Program-made: the position numbers and the translations under genes
The notes under the pieces: generated by a model
Seen by the model: only the letters and a program-made list of their open reading frames with translations
The model's database searches: none
Told to the model about the DNA's origin: nothing
In this document: positions 38,103 to 47,990 of the stretch, in pieces
Position numbering within the stretch: position 1 is the stretch's first letter
How the letters are laid out: the number at the start of each line of letters is the position of its first letter
IMG/VR virus record: IMGVR_UViG_3300017917_003822
Location: 1-64,000 of that record
Reading direction: 5' to 3' (one strand)
DNA: 64,000 bases

Positions 38103-39251
38103 ATGGTTAATATACTGATAGATGGGAATTACATATTCCATAAAACATTTGGGATATTTGGTGGATATGGGAACGTGGATCCCGGTAAAATATTAAAAGA
38201 TAAATCTGAACAAGCTGCTTTTATAAGAAAAGTATCTACCGATTTGTGCTCGTCATTAAAGATGATACCACAGGGAGGAAGATTGGTTTTCACTGCAGAT
38301 AGTAGAAGTTGGAGGAAGGATGTAGAAATAGAGGATGGCGGATATAAATCAGGAAGAGTTAAAGATGAAACTGTTGACTGGTCGATATTTTTTGAACTTA
38401 TGCATTCATTCGGTACACATTTAGAAAAAATGGGATTTATTTTTTCTAAGGTTGATGGTGCCGAGGGTGACGATCTTTTAATGTTTTGGTCCGATTATTT
38501 CAATTCACAGAACGAGAATTGTATTATTATAACCGGAGACGGAGATTTGCATCAGTTAGCAAAAATATCTGATGATTCATGGACAGCCATATGGAACAAT
38601 AACTCAAAGAAAAATACGATCTATGTTCCCAATGGGTGGAAACAACTTTGGCTTGATCGAAGTGAATCTGTTAGCATATTTAATATGTCATCAGCAATCT
38701 CTCCGGAAAAAGAAAGATTCAAAGATTTTTTAAAGAAGGTTAAATTGGAAGAGGTTGAGAGTAGACCTTTCATATTTAAAAAGATCCTTGTTGGTGACGA
38801 TGGAGATTCTGTTCCCTGCGTCTGGAGCTATTCGCAAAATAACAAGGTTGTTAATTTTACACCAAAAAAAGCTGAGACAGCATATGCTGCATTTCTTGAA
38901 TCTGAGTGGTGTGACAAAACTTTTGAATATCTACTTACTTCACCGGAGAGTGATGATTTTTTAAAATGGTTGAGTGGAGTGATTATCAGAACATCCAAAG
39001 GAATTGATAGTTCCGAAAACAGAGAAAAGGTTAAATCCAATATACTTCGTAATTTTAAACTTATGTGGTTAAATTCCCTTATGATACCAGATTTTGTTTC
39101 TCTGGGTTGTAAAAGTGAAATAAACCGAGGATTGGCTTTGGAAAAAAGATCTGTAACATTAGACAGAATAAAAATACTAGAGGGTACAGAATGGGTTACG
39201 CAGGGATATCAGCCTAAGGGATTTGATCCATTTGAACATCTTTTAAAGTAA
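38103..39251 (+). CDS. rnh: 5'-3' exonuclease / T4 RNase H-like
   Basis: LIDGN, SWRK, EGDD, GDGDL, GDDGDSVP. Confidence 0.85.
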   Translation: MVNILIDGNYIFHKTFGIFGGYGNVDPGKILKDKSEQAAFIRKVSTDLCSSLKMIPQGGRLVFTADSRSWRKDVEIEDGGYKSGRVKDETVDWSIFFELMHSFGTHLEKMGFIFSKVDGAEGDDLLMFWSDYFNSQNENCIIITGDGDLHQLAKISDDSWTAIWNNNSKKNTIYVPNGWKQLWLDRSESVSIFNMSSAISPEKERFKDFLKKVKLEEVESRPFIFKKILVGDDGDSVPCVWSYSQNNKVVNFTPKKAETAYAAFLESEWCDKTFEYLLTSPESDDFLKWLSGVIIRTSKGIDSSENREKVKSNILRNFKLMWLNSLMIPDFVSLGCKSEINRGLALEKRSVTLDRIKILEGTEWVTQGYQPKGFDPFEHLLK

Positions 39252-39262
39252 AAATTCTTATC

Positions 39263-39682
39263 ATGCAACTTTTCGATATAGTTAAAAATATATTTTCCAC
39301 CAATAATAAGACATGGAAATCTGTTGGTAGAAATGACAAATCCAGGAATTTCTTTATGATTAACCGGATTATGTCAATCCAATTCCCCATACAAGCCAAC
39401 CAATTTAATAAACTTAGAGTTTCTCCACCTCCTGTGGTTGATTGGTGGAGAGATACTCTGTCCCATAGATTTAGTAAACCTCCTGTATGGATCTATACGA
39501 AAACAAAAAAAGTAGAGAAAGAGGATGTTTCCAAAGTCAAGGAATCTCCTGAGGTCGAATCCTTTATTAGGGAAAAATATAAAGTAACCAAAAGAGATTT
39601 AGCTCAATTAAAACAGTTCTATCCGGAAAAATATCAGGAATGGATTTCAGATATTGCCGATCAAACTGGACTTCAAAAATAG
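39263..39682 (+). CDS. Probable clamp loader small subunit (gp62-like)
   Basis: LFD...FFMINRIMS...ANQFN pattern; same operon as the gp44-like gene. Confidence 0.5.
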   Translation: MQLFDIVKNIFSTNNKTWKSVGRNDKSRNFFMINRIMSIQFPIQANQFNKLRVSPPPVVDWWRDTLSHRFSKPPVWIYTKTKKVEKEDVSKVKESPEVESFIREKYKVTKRDLAQLKQFYPEKYQEWISDIADQTGLQK

Positions 39683-39697
39683 ACGATATATAGAGGG

Positions 39698-40249
39698 ATG
39701 GGAAAGGTAAATAATAAATTGGTTGATAAAGTAATCTCAAGTTTAGATTGGGATGCTATCTACGAGGTTAACAACTGTTTTAAACATGGTGTTGGTGACG
39801 GAACCTCAGCTATTCCTGGGATTAAAAGAAAGCCTTTTGCTGACGGAATAACTAAATCGGATCTTAAAAACGAACTTAAGGGTCTTCTTAAATACGTTAT
39901 AGAAAATGATCTCTCTGAATTGATCTATGGCTATTGGATGATATTTTGGAATAATGCCGAGTGGACCGAAGAATCAATTAGCCAACTGAGGGACCAATAC
40001 GAGGATGAGGATACCGATGAATTTGAGCAGATTGTTCTGGATTCAACTCTTGAAGTAATATACTCACCTCAGAGGGTTTTTGCTATCGAAAATTCCCAAT
40101 TAAAAAATATCAGGACTGAGGATTCCGATATTAATAAACTAGAATCTATGCTTAAGAAAGCATTAGATGGAGAGCAGTATGAATTAGCATCTAAAATAAG
40201 GGATGTTATCAAACTGCACAAAAATAACCCGGAGGAGTCGGATAAATAG
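39698..40249 (+). CDS. Protein with C-terminal UvrB/UvrC (UVR) coiled-coil motif
   Basis: LESMLKKALDGEQYELASKIRDVI. Confidence 0.7.
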   Translation: MGKVNNKLVDKVISSLDWDAIYEVNNCFKHGVGDGTSAIPGIKRKPFADGITKSDLKNELKGLLKYVIENDLSELIYGYWMIFWNNAEWTEESISQLRDQYEDEDTDEFEQIVLDSTLEVIYSPQRVFAIENSQLKNIRTEDSDINKLESMLKKALDGEQYELASKIRDVIKLHKNNPEESDK

Positions 40250-40253
40250 TCTA

Positions 40254-40733
40254 ATGAAACACATAATCCCAATAAACGAATTTGATAGTAATGCATTTGG
40301 AGACACCTACGGATATGGTGGAGCTAATGGCGTACTTAAAATAAACTATAAGCCCTTCAGCGATCTTTCAGTTTCTGTTGGACCTGACCCTAATGTTGAT
40401 AGGACTGTAAAGGGATCTGAATTTCAGTTAGGTGATGTTATAATTGCTGAACCGTTGCATTCTAAGAAAAAAGTCATTGGTGTTATAGTTAGATCATTTA
40501 GAAACCCGGACAATCAGCAATATAGATATTTCATTCAAGTTTATAATAAAGGTAAAAAAACGGAGAGAGTTATCGAGGTCAAATCTAATACTGCCAAATT
40601 TGCGGAAGGTGGAGATCACGGAAACATGGAGACTATTTCTAAATATAAAAACAATGAGATACCAAGTTCTGCTTTCAATTCAAAAACAGTTTATAGTTCG
40701 AATGAACTTGGTTTAGAAACTACGGGAGGATAA
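40254..40733 (+). CDS. Hypothetical late protein with capsid-targeting-like leader
   Basis: GATAAATA at 40241, then MKHIIPINEF; start at 40254 preferred over 40203. Confidence 0.65.
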   Translation: MKHIIPINEFDSNAFGDTYGYGGANGVLKINYKPFSDLSVSVGPDPNVDRTVKGSEFQLGDVIIAEPLHSKKKVIGVIVRSFRNPDNQQYRYFIQVYNKGKKTERVIEVKSNTAKFAEGGDHGNMETISKYKNNEIPSSAFNSKTVYSSNELGLETTGG

Positions 40734-40757
40734 TTTTTATCCGGAACTAATTCCGCT

Positions 40758-41690
40758 ATGTATGATACAAAGAATAAAGGTATTCTTATGGTATCAGGAA
40801 ACAGCAATCAAAACATTTCTTATATTGGACTTCCCAAGAGAAGCATAAAGGGTGATTTTACCATCACCTCCTATGATGATATGTTGGCTCTTATCTTGGA
40901 TGTCTGTACGATTAACTCTGGACTTATGGCAAAAACCATATGTCTGGACGTAAATGAATTGAATCTATCACCATCTTTTTTTGATGACACAATAGAGGAG
41001 GAAAATCCCAATATATCAGAAAAAATAAATGAAATAAACTCTCTGATAAATAAAAATTCTCTAAGAATTTGTTTTTTTGTCGGTAAGGATTATTTTCTGG
41101 GTAGTCAATTAGAGCATGTTAAAAACAACACAGTATCCTTGCTCAATATACTTGGATCCATATTAGATCTTCTGGGAGTTAATTATCCTTCCATTATAGT
41201 TAGAGTAGGATCTGCTTACGGCAACAGAAAGGTAACCATGAAATCTTTTTGCGAGAGAATTTCCCTATTAGATAAATCAGCGTCGAATAAGCTTTGCGTT
41301 ACCAATGACGAGAAACCAAGTCTTTTTTCAATAACGGATCTTTTATCTGGTATTTATTATGAATCCGGGATTCCACTTTGCTTTAGATCCTTACCCCATC
41401 AATTTAATGACGGAGGTCTGAGTTTCAGAGAAGCTCTTTTTCTTTCCAGTTCAACCTGGAAATCCGAACATAAGCCATTTTTCATACATGCAGAATCTAG
41501 CGAAATAAATGAACATGGAATCTCACTTTCTCCGATTCCTTCTTCTTTACTAACTAGAAGAATTCCAACTTTTGGTTTAGATTGTGATATTATCATAGAT
41601 TCACCTCTCGGAGAATCCGCTTATATTGATTATATGAAGGTTCATAAATCTCTTCCTCCGGTTGTTATAAATAAAATTTCCAAGAAATAA
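40758..41690 (+). CDS. UV-damage endonuclease UvsE-like TIM-barrel protein, degenerate active site
   Basis: IIVRVGSAYG, LCVTNDEK, ALFLSSSTW, PFFIHAES; the start may be 40788. Confidence 0.6.
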   Translation: MYDTKNKGILMVSGNSNQNISYIGLPKRSIKGDFTITSYDDMLALILDVCTINSGLMAKTICLDVNELNLSPSFFDDTIEEENPNISEKINEINSLINKNSLRICFFVGKDYFLGSQLEHVKNNTVSLLNILGSILDLLGVNYPSIIVRVGSAYGNRKVTMKSFCERISLLDKSASNKLCVTNDEKPSLFSITDLLSGIYYESGIPLCFRSLPHQFNDGGLSFREALFLSSSTWKSEHKPFFIHAESSEINEHGISLSPIPSSLLTRRIPTFGLDCDIIIDSPLGESAYIDYMKVHKSLPPVVINKISKK

Positions 41691-41739
41691 TTTTTATTTT
41701 CCGACTTTCTCGATTATATTTACAGAAAAATAAATAAGC

Positions 41740-42441
41740 ATGTTTACTAAGGATACCATACAAAATTTTCTATATTTCGATGTTGAAACTGCATCTCTTT
41801 ACCCATCACTCGATGAAATGTATAAAGAAAACTATAGATTATTTCACCTTTGGAAAAAGAGAGAGGAGTATTATAAAGGGGCTTATCCAAAGTTAGCTGA
41901 TTTGGATCCTGATGAAATATACAATCAAAAAGCAGGATTGGAACCAGAGTTTTCTAGAGTTGTTTGCGTTACATTTGGCTCTTATAGCGACGACGGCGAA
42001 AAGAGATTCATGTCATTCTCAGGTGAAGATGAGGTTGACATTCTAACTAAAAGTAACAAGGTTCTAAATAATGCTATGGTCAAAAATTGGAAATTGTGTG
42101 GCCATAATATAAAGGGATTTGATGTTCCATGTCTAGGTAAGAGAATGATATACAATGGAATAAATCCATCACCCAATCTAAGAACATGGGATAAAAAGCC
42201 GTGGGAGATGCCCTACGTTGACACTTCAGAGATTTTTTCCTTTGGTAGCTGGATTCATCAAAAATATTTAAGTTTGGATCTTTTGTCTTGTTCTCTGGGA
42301 ATACAATCACCAAAGGATGATCTTGATGGATCCAAAGTTAATTCCACTTATTGGATAGAAAAAGATTATGAAAAAATAGCAACATATTGCGAATCTGACG
42401 TTAAAACCGTAATGGATGTCATGGAAAAAATATGTTTTTGA
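41740..42441 (+). CDS. DEDD 3'-5' exonuclease (PolB-exo-like)
   Basis: FDVET, GHNIKGFD, YCESDV. Confidence 0.88.
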   Translation: MFTKDTIQNFLYFDVETASLYPSLDEMYKENYRLFHLWKKREEYYKGAYPKLADLDPDEIYNQKAGLEPEFSRVVCVTFGSYSDDGEKRFMSFSGEDEVDILTKSNKVLNNAMVKNWKLCGHNIKGFDVPCLGKRMIYNGINPSPNLRTWDKKPWEMPYVDTSEIFSFGSWIHQKYLSLDLLSCSLGIQSPKDDLDGSKVNSTYWIEKDYEKIATYCESDVKTVMDVMEKICF

Positions 42442-42466
42442 AGTAAATAAAAAACACTAATACATT

Positions 42467-42505
42467 AAAAGCTTTTCTCGATATATAGAGAAAAGCTTTT
42501 TTTTT
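42467..42505 (+). terminator. Terminator hairpin whose loop is the late promoter motif
   Basis: AAAAGCTTTTCTC-GATATATA-GAGAAAAGCTTTT followed by a T tract. Confidence 0.75.
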
Positions 42506-42506
42506 A

Positions 42507-43322
42507 GTGGATACAGTATTACAATTTACGGAATTTTTAAATAACAGGAATAGCTTACTCAACGAAAGGGAAATAAACCCGTTCTATCACGATGAGTTGA
42601 ATCCGGTTTTTTGGACAAAGAAAAAGGATAGATCTGGTAACGATAAATGGGTCTTTGATCAGAGAGTAAGAAGGAAGTTGCTTCGCATAGCTAAGGAATT
42701 TTTTAGTGAATTTGAAAATATCCTGAAGGAAAAGGATATAGTTGATGTTCAGCTTACTGGGTCTCTAGCTAATTATAACTACACTGATTTCTCGGATCTT
42801 GACGTTCATATCATAGTCAATCTTAAGGGCATTGATGATGATAATCCCCAAATACTTAAAAAAGCCATAGACGGAGTAAGATTTGCATGGAATTTAAGAC
42901 ATGATATAACCATTAGAGGATATGACGTTGAATTGTATATACAGGATAAAGACGAACCCCACACAGCATCGGCTCTTTTCTCTTTACAGGATAATGAATG
43001 GATAAAATCTCCAATATATGATCCACCTGCTGTGGATGAGAGAGACGTTGAGAAAAAATACAACGGTATAGTTGCCGACATTGAACAGTTACATTCGAGA
43101 TTAATGGTCGATTCTATATTACCAACCAACGCTAGACAACTTTATAAAAGATGCATAAAACTTAAAACTAAGATCTTCAAGATGAGAAAAGAAGGTTTAG
43201 CCAAAGGTGGTGAAATGTCGATAGGAAATTTAGCTTTTAAAAAGCTCAGAAATGAGGGATATATAGAAAAATTGATAACTATCATATCAAAGTCATACGA
43301 CAAGATTTACACAGAAAAATAA
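42507..43322 (+). CDS. Pol-beta superfamily nucleotidyltransferase
   Basis: LTGSLANYNYTDFSDLDVH (GS...DxD), third acidic residue in YDVELY. Confidence 0.8.
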   Translation: MDTVLQFTEFLNNRNSLLNEREINPFYHDELNPVFWTKKKDRSGNDKWVFDQRVRRKLLRIAKEFFSEFENILKEKDIVDVQLTGSLANYNYTDFSDLDVHIIVNLKGIDDDNPQILKKAIDGVRFAWNLRHDITIRGYDVELYIQDKDEPHTASALFSLQDNEWIKSPIYDPPAVDERDVEKKYNGIVADIEQLHSRLMVDSILPTNARQLYKRCIKLKTKIFKMRKEGLAKGGEMSIGNLAFKKLRNEGYIEKLITIISKSYDKIYTEK

Positions 43323-43330
43323 GATAAAAA

Positions 43331-45940
43331 ATGATTATATTATTACCCAAGAAGGCTGAATATAAGATAGGTGAGGATTTCCCCTTTTTAACTGTCCCTC
43401 TAGAGATGGAAAATTCAGAAAATGCATCATTTGAGGATTTCCAATGGTGGTCAACTTCAGAGGATTTTCAGAAATGGCTAAAGAATAATCCTAGAGAATG
43501 GGTAGCTGATTCTGAGAATATGCAAAAATATGGTGATTTAACATCATATCTTAAGGAAAATTACGGGTTAAATATCGATCAATTGGACGTTGTTATTAAT
43601 GAAGAAACTGGTGTGGTTTCGTTTAGTGATTTTTCCAAACTGAATGAGCAGACTTCAGGTAAAGCTGATGAGGATCCAAAATACAGAGAAGCAATAAAAT
43701 TTCACTTTGCATACAATAAACTTAGATCCGAGGGTAAAATTGATGAAACTTTAAGTCCTACTGAAATTCCGGTTGGAAGTGATAAAGCAATTTTTGTTTG
43801 CGGCGAAGACCCAAATACCGGAGATAACATTTTAGAAACTTTAAAAGCAGTTAGAGCAACTGGTTTTAGTAAAACCAGCAGCGATTCTAAGATCACTTTA
43901 TTGAAAGTTTCGGAAATGGTACCCGGAGGTCCTATAGCTGATGATGAAACTGCTGAGGGTCTAACTCAAAGAATTATACAGGACGCATCAATTCTTGCTG
44001 CAATGGGAGGAGCTGGTATAGTTCTTTTCGGAGCTCTTAAATTAGCAGGAAGTGCTTGGGCAGGTAACAGACTACTAAAAACCATATCAGGATTTACTCC
44101 GGCTGGAAAGGCGGCGGCTCAAGCTTCTAAGGGAGCTGGATGGATGAGTAAATTTAAATCTTATTCTAGTGCTGGTATAAAGAGTCTATGGGGAACTGCT
44201 AAAGATATGGCTTTGCTTAAAAACACTAGAACTGTGGGCTCTGCGGTAGCTAGAGGAGCCAGAGGAGCCAAAGCAGCATACACTTTGGGTAAAGTTGGAC
44301 CAAAGGGTGCACTAAAAGCTTTTGGTAAAGGTCTAAGTAGAGGAGCTACTCAGGGAGGAGCTAAATTGATTCCTTTTGTCGGTGAGGTTCTGATGGTTGT
44401 TGATGCTGTTGGATCTACTTGGAACTGGTTTAGCGATAAACAGGCACCTAAATACACGGAGGTTAAGGAATTTGCCCATAATGAGATGGACCCTAAGAAA
44501 CTTCCTATTGGCGTTCCTATTACTATTTGTTGGTCTCAGCCAGCTGGTGGTGGATGGGGAAGTGTTACTAGTTTCTTATTCAATAACGAAACCAGAACAA
44601 CCGCTGAATTCATAAAAATTGCGGACAAGAATAACTATTCCATTCTTATATTAACTCAGGTTAACTCTAAAGCTGTGCAGAAACAAATAGCCGAACACGA
44701 TTTGGTTTTGATTGCTCTTGATAATAATGATATCGTAAATGATCAGGGAGGATTTCTAAACACGGTGGCAAGAGTTTTTGATAACGAGGATCTTGATTTT
44801 AAAATATCATATGTTGATGGTATATCTAAAATAGCAACTATTTTTAATTTTCAGGGAATGTGCGACTGGAGCGTTTTAGAGGAAGCTATGCAAAATGCAT
44901 CAGATCAGCTCATAGTATCTGACACGAGTGCTCCTGCAACTTATGAGTTCTATTATGAGGATTCTGAAGATAATATAATTAATGTATCGGGTAGACTTAT
45001 GACCGATGAGGAATTAAGATCAACATCTCAATCAGATATAGAGAAAATATTCCTACCCAAGGATGACAAAACCCCATACGGTACCAATCCGGGTGAAAAA
45101 TCGAAAGATTCTAAGAATGAAAGTGAAAATTTAGTAGGCTATAACTTACTCGTCAATGAATCCGGTGTGATAACAAATTTTGGTGACTTTAATAGGAGAT
45201 TGGATTCAATCGATCCAGATCAGATTAATGAAAAAGAGGGATCAGGTGATCAGATAAAACTTGATCGGGATCAATTATCCGGACCTGCTAAGGTTGCAAT
45301 CTATTGGGTAACTGACAGAGAATATGCTGATCCGGATCTTAGAAAATATAAAGCTGGTTTATTTACAAACTTTACGATAGAACCTAAGGATTATGATGCT
45401 AAGAAGGGTCAATCCATAGAAGTGGAGGTTAATACTGTTAATGAGGATATAGAAAATCCAAAAAGAGGTATTTACACATTCAAGAAAGTTAAGGATGAAG
45501 ACAATAAGAAGGAGGAAGATGGTAAAATCGTAAAAGTAACAAAACCTAAAACCGAAGAGGATGACAAAGTAACAGCTCAGGATTCGGGTACTAGCGTATC
45601 TGATGATTACTATATCAAGGTTGATCCTAAGGACGTCCAGATCAAGGATAGAAGAAGTTCCACGGTAATTAGGGATAATTCCGTAACTGGTGGGATAAAT
45701 TTAATTGACAAATTCCTTACAGATAAAGAGAAGGAAGTATTGGGTATACAAGATTGGAAAGCTATTACTTTCGCTAAAGCTCTACAAGACAATAGAGGAG
45801 ACGTAGTTGAAGTTAAGTTAAAGAACAGATTTGCAGCTTTCGGTGATAAAACAAGAAAATATAGAGTTACTGATGGAGAATCTTTCCAGATAGCTAAGAA
45901 TTTCGCTTCTGAGGTTGAAGAAAGAATAAAATATGAATAA
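43331..45940 (+). CDS. Large putative internal virion/ejection protein
   Basis: GATATATA at 43258; Gly/Ala-rich hydrophobic region; internal SFSDFSKLNE motif. Confidence 0.55.
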   Translation: MIILLPKKAEYKIGEDFPFLTVPLEMENSENASFEDFQWWSTSEDFQKWLKNNPREWVADSENMQKYGDLTSYLKENYGLNIDQLDVVINEETGVVSFSDFSKLNEQTSGKADEDPKYREAIKFHFAYNKLRSEGKIDETLSPTEIPVGSDKAIFVCGEDPNTGDNILETLKAVRATGFSKTSSDSKITLLKVSEMVPGGPIADDETAEGLTQRIIQDASILAAMGGAGIVLFGALKLAGSAWAGNRLLKTISGFTPAGKAAAQASKGAGWMSKFKSYSSAGIKSLWGTAKDMALLKNTRTVGSAVARGARGAKAAYTLGKVGPKGALKAFGKGLSRGATQGGAKLIPFVGEVLMVVDAVGSTWNWFSDKQAPKYTEVKEFAHNEMDPKKLPIGVPITICWSQPAGGGWGSVTSFLFNNETRTTAEFIKIADKNNYSILILTQVNSKAVQKQIAEHDLVLIALDNNDIVNDQGGFLNTVARVFDNEDLDFKISYVDGISKIATIFNFQGMCDWSVLEEAMQNASDQLIVSDTSAPATYEFYYEDSEDNIINVSGRLMTDEELRSTSQSDIEKIFLPKDDKTPYGTNPGEKSKDSKNESENLVGYNLLVNESGVITNFGDFNRRLDSIDPDQINEKEGSGDQIKLDRDQLSGPAKVAIYWVTDREYADPDLRKYKAGLFTNFTIEPKDYDAKKGQSIEVEVNTVNEDIENPKRGIYTFKKVKDEDNKKEEDGKIVKVTKPKTEEDDKVTAQDSGTSVSDDYYIKVDPKDVQIKDRRSSTVIRDNSVTGGINLIDKFLTDKEKEVLGIQDWKAITFAKALQDNRGDVVEVKLKNRFAAFGDKTRKYRVTDGESFQIAKNFASEVEERIKYE

Positions 45941-45976
45941 TTCTAAAAAAATGTAAAAAATACTGAAATCAGTATC

Positions 45977-45984
45977 GATATATA
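45977..45984 (+). promoter_or_regulatory. Late promoter motif GATATATA (protease-capsid operon)
   Basis: Intergenic exact copy. Confidence 0.78.
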
Positions 45985-46010
45985 AGAAACATAAAAAAGA
46001 AGATATAAAA

Positions 46011-47960
46011 ATGCCAACAACTCAAAAATTGAACGAAGATTTGGTCTTTATTCTTGAAAGACAGAACACAATTCTCGAATCTAAGAAGACAGATTCTGAA
46101 GAGTATGTCTTAGAAGGTACTGCTGCTGTTTTCGGAAAAGAAAATAATAACAACAGGATCTATGAAGAGGCTGAATATTTACCTCATTTAAATTACCTTA
46201 AAGACAAAATAGCTCAGAAAAGGTTAGTTGGTGAATTAGATCACCCTGAGAAATTTGATGTCTCATTAAAGAACATCTCACATATCATTACTGACCTTAG
46301 CTATGATAAGCCGAGCAGAGAAATCAAAATTAAGGTGAGACTTCTGGACACCCCAGCGGGTCAAATTGCTAAAAAGCTAGTTGATGCTGGAGTTCCTTTA
46401 TCGATATCGTCTAGAGCTGCTGGAGCAGTTGGTAACGATAAGAAAGTACAAATCAAAAAAATATTCACGTACGATTTAGTTGCAGACCCTGGATTTCAGG
46501 ATGCACAATTAGAAAGAGTATATGAGAGTGCAGGTTATACATTTGAAGAATTCTTTCAAATGAGAAACAATAGCATCTTATCTGATCTAGTTTGTGTAAA
46601 TGAATCATTAGGTCTAGAAAATGAATCTTCAGTGAAGATATATAAAGTTGAAAACAACGAAGAATTCAACAATCTCGTATCAAAATCAGACAAAAATAAA
46701 ACAATCCTCATGGAGAATAATGAATTTGTTACTGCGAAAGAACTTAACGAATATTCAATTTTCTTGAAAAAAGAAATGGATTCGATGAAGACTACATTGG
46801 CAGAAATTAAAGAACAGAAAGAAAAAATAAGCGAATCAGCTGGAGAATCTAACACATCTGAGTTAGAAGAAAGAGTAGCAAAACTTGAAAAGTACTCTGA
46901 ATATCTTGCTGAAAATTTGGACAATGCTATTAAATACGGTGAGTATTTAGCAGAGAATCTTGATTCAAGCATCAGTTATAGCAAATACTTAGCTGAAAAC
47001 CTGGATAAAAATATTTCTTATTCTAAATATTTAGCTGAGAATGTAGATAAATCTATCTCTTATTCTGAATATGTTGCTGAGAGCGTTGATAAGTCTATCG
47101 AGTATTCCAAATATCTTGCTGAAAAAGTAGATCAGAACATTCAATATTCTGAGTATTTAGCAGAGAATTTAGATAAAGGTATTGCTTACAGCGAATATCT
47201 AGGAGAAAACTTAGATAAAGGTATTGCTTATACTGAGTATGTTGCTGAAAAATTAAATGATGGCATTGAATATTCTGAGTATTTAGGTGAAAACTTAAAT
47301 AAAGCGATCCAATATTCTGACTATTTAGCAGAAAATCTTAACAGAGGATTAGATTATTCTGAATATTTAGCAGAAAAAGTTAAAAGATCTATCTCTTACA
47401 GTGAATATATAGCAGAAAACGTTAACAACGGAATAATGACTAATAAGGAATCTTTAAGAGAAAGTGTTGATCTTTCAGCTCAAGCAGGTTTAAATGAATC
47501 TGGATTTGCTGGAGATTACAATAATCTTTCATCACAAATTGATAGTTTGATAGAATCAGTTAAAACACAAAAAACTGAATCAAATATAAACGAAGCTTCT
47601 AGATCAATAGAAGCACCAGCCGACACACAAAAGGCAGAAGCTCTTAACGAAGAGGAGAACACTAACAAAACTGGTCTTAAGTTTATCGACGAAATGCCTG
47701 AAGAATATGCACAGGTTTGGGAATCACTTAATGAGGGACATAAGCAATCAATTATTGCTCAAAGTAACTTCTATAGATTGGATACACCATACCAAATCAA
47801 AAACTTCTGGTCAACACGTCAACTTGGAACTAAAACAGTTGGAGTTCAAAAATTAGACGAGAGCGAAAACGTAGCTCAGACAAATGCAACACAAGCTTAT
47901 TCAAGTGATTACATGAATTATATAGCTTCTGCATTAGAGCAAAAATTCGTAAGACGATAA
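46011..47960 (+). CDS. gp21: Prohead protease (gp21-like) fused to a repeat-containing scaffold
   Basis: NNNNRIY, GELDHP, LDTPAG, ISSRAAG, YDLVADPGF; C-terminal 14-aa repeats. Confidence 0.92.
   Translation: MPTTQKLNEDLVFILERQNTILESKKTDSEEYVLEGTAAVFGKENNNNRIYEEAEYLPHLNYLKDKIAQKRLVGELDHPEKFDVSLKNISHIITDLSYDKPSREIKIKVRLLDTPAGQIAKKLVDAGVPLSISSRAAGAVGNDKKVQIKKIFTYDLVADPGFQDAQLERVYESAGYTFEEFFQMRNNSILSDLVCVNESLGLENESSVKIYKVENNEEFNNLVSKSDKNKTILMENNEFVTAKELNEYSIFLKKEMDSMKTTLAEIKEQKEKISESAGESNTSELEERVAKLEKYSEYLAENLDNAIKYGEYLAENLDSSISYSKYLAENLDKNISYSKYLAENVDKSISYSEYVAESVDKSIEYSKYLAEKVDQNIQYSEYLAENLDKGIAYSEYLGENLDKGIAYTEYVAEKLNDGIEYSEYLGENLNKAIQYSDYLAENLNRGLDYSEYLAEKVKRSISYSEYIAENVNNGIMTNKESLRESVDLSAQAGLNESGFAGDYNNLSSQIDSLIESVKTQKTESNINEASRSIEAPADTQKAEALNEEENTNKTGLKFIDEMPEEYAQVWESLNEGHKQSIIAQSNFYRLDTPYQIKNFWSTRQLGTKTVGVQKLDESENVAQTNATQAYSSDYMNYIASALEQKFVRR
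46890..47435 (+). repeat. 13 x 42-nt (14-aa) coding repeat, consensus xYSEYLAENLDKxI
   Basis: Counted from the translation. Confidence 0.92.
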
Positions 47961-47990
47961 AAAATAAAACAAAAAAAAGTAAATAAAATC

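Noticed and set aside
46890-47435. Regular 42-nt repeats resembling a CRISPR array
   Set aside because: No unique spacers; variation is largely synonymous or conservative within an in-frame protein repeat.
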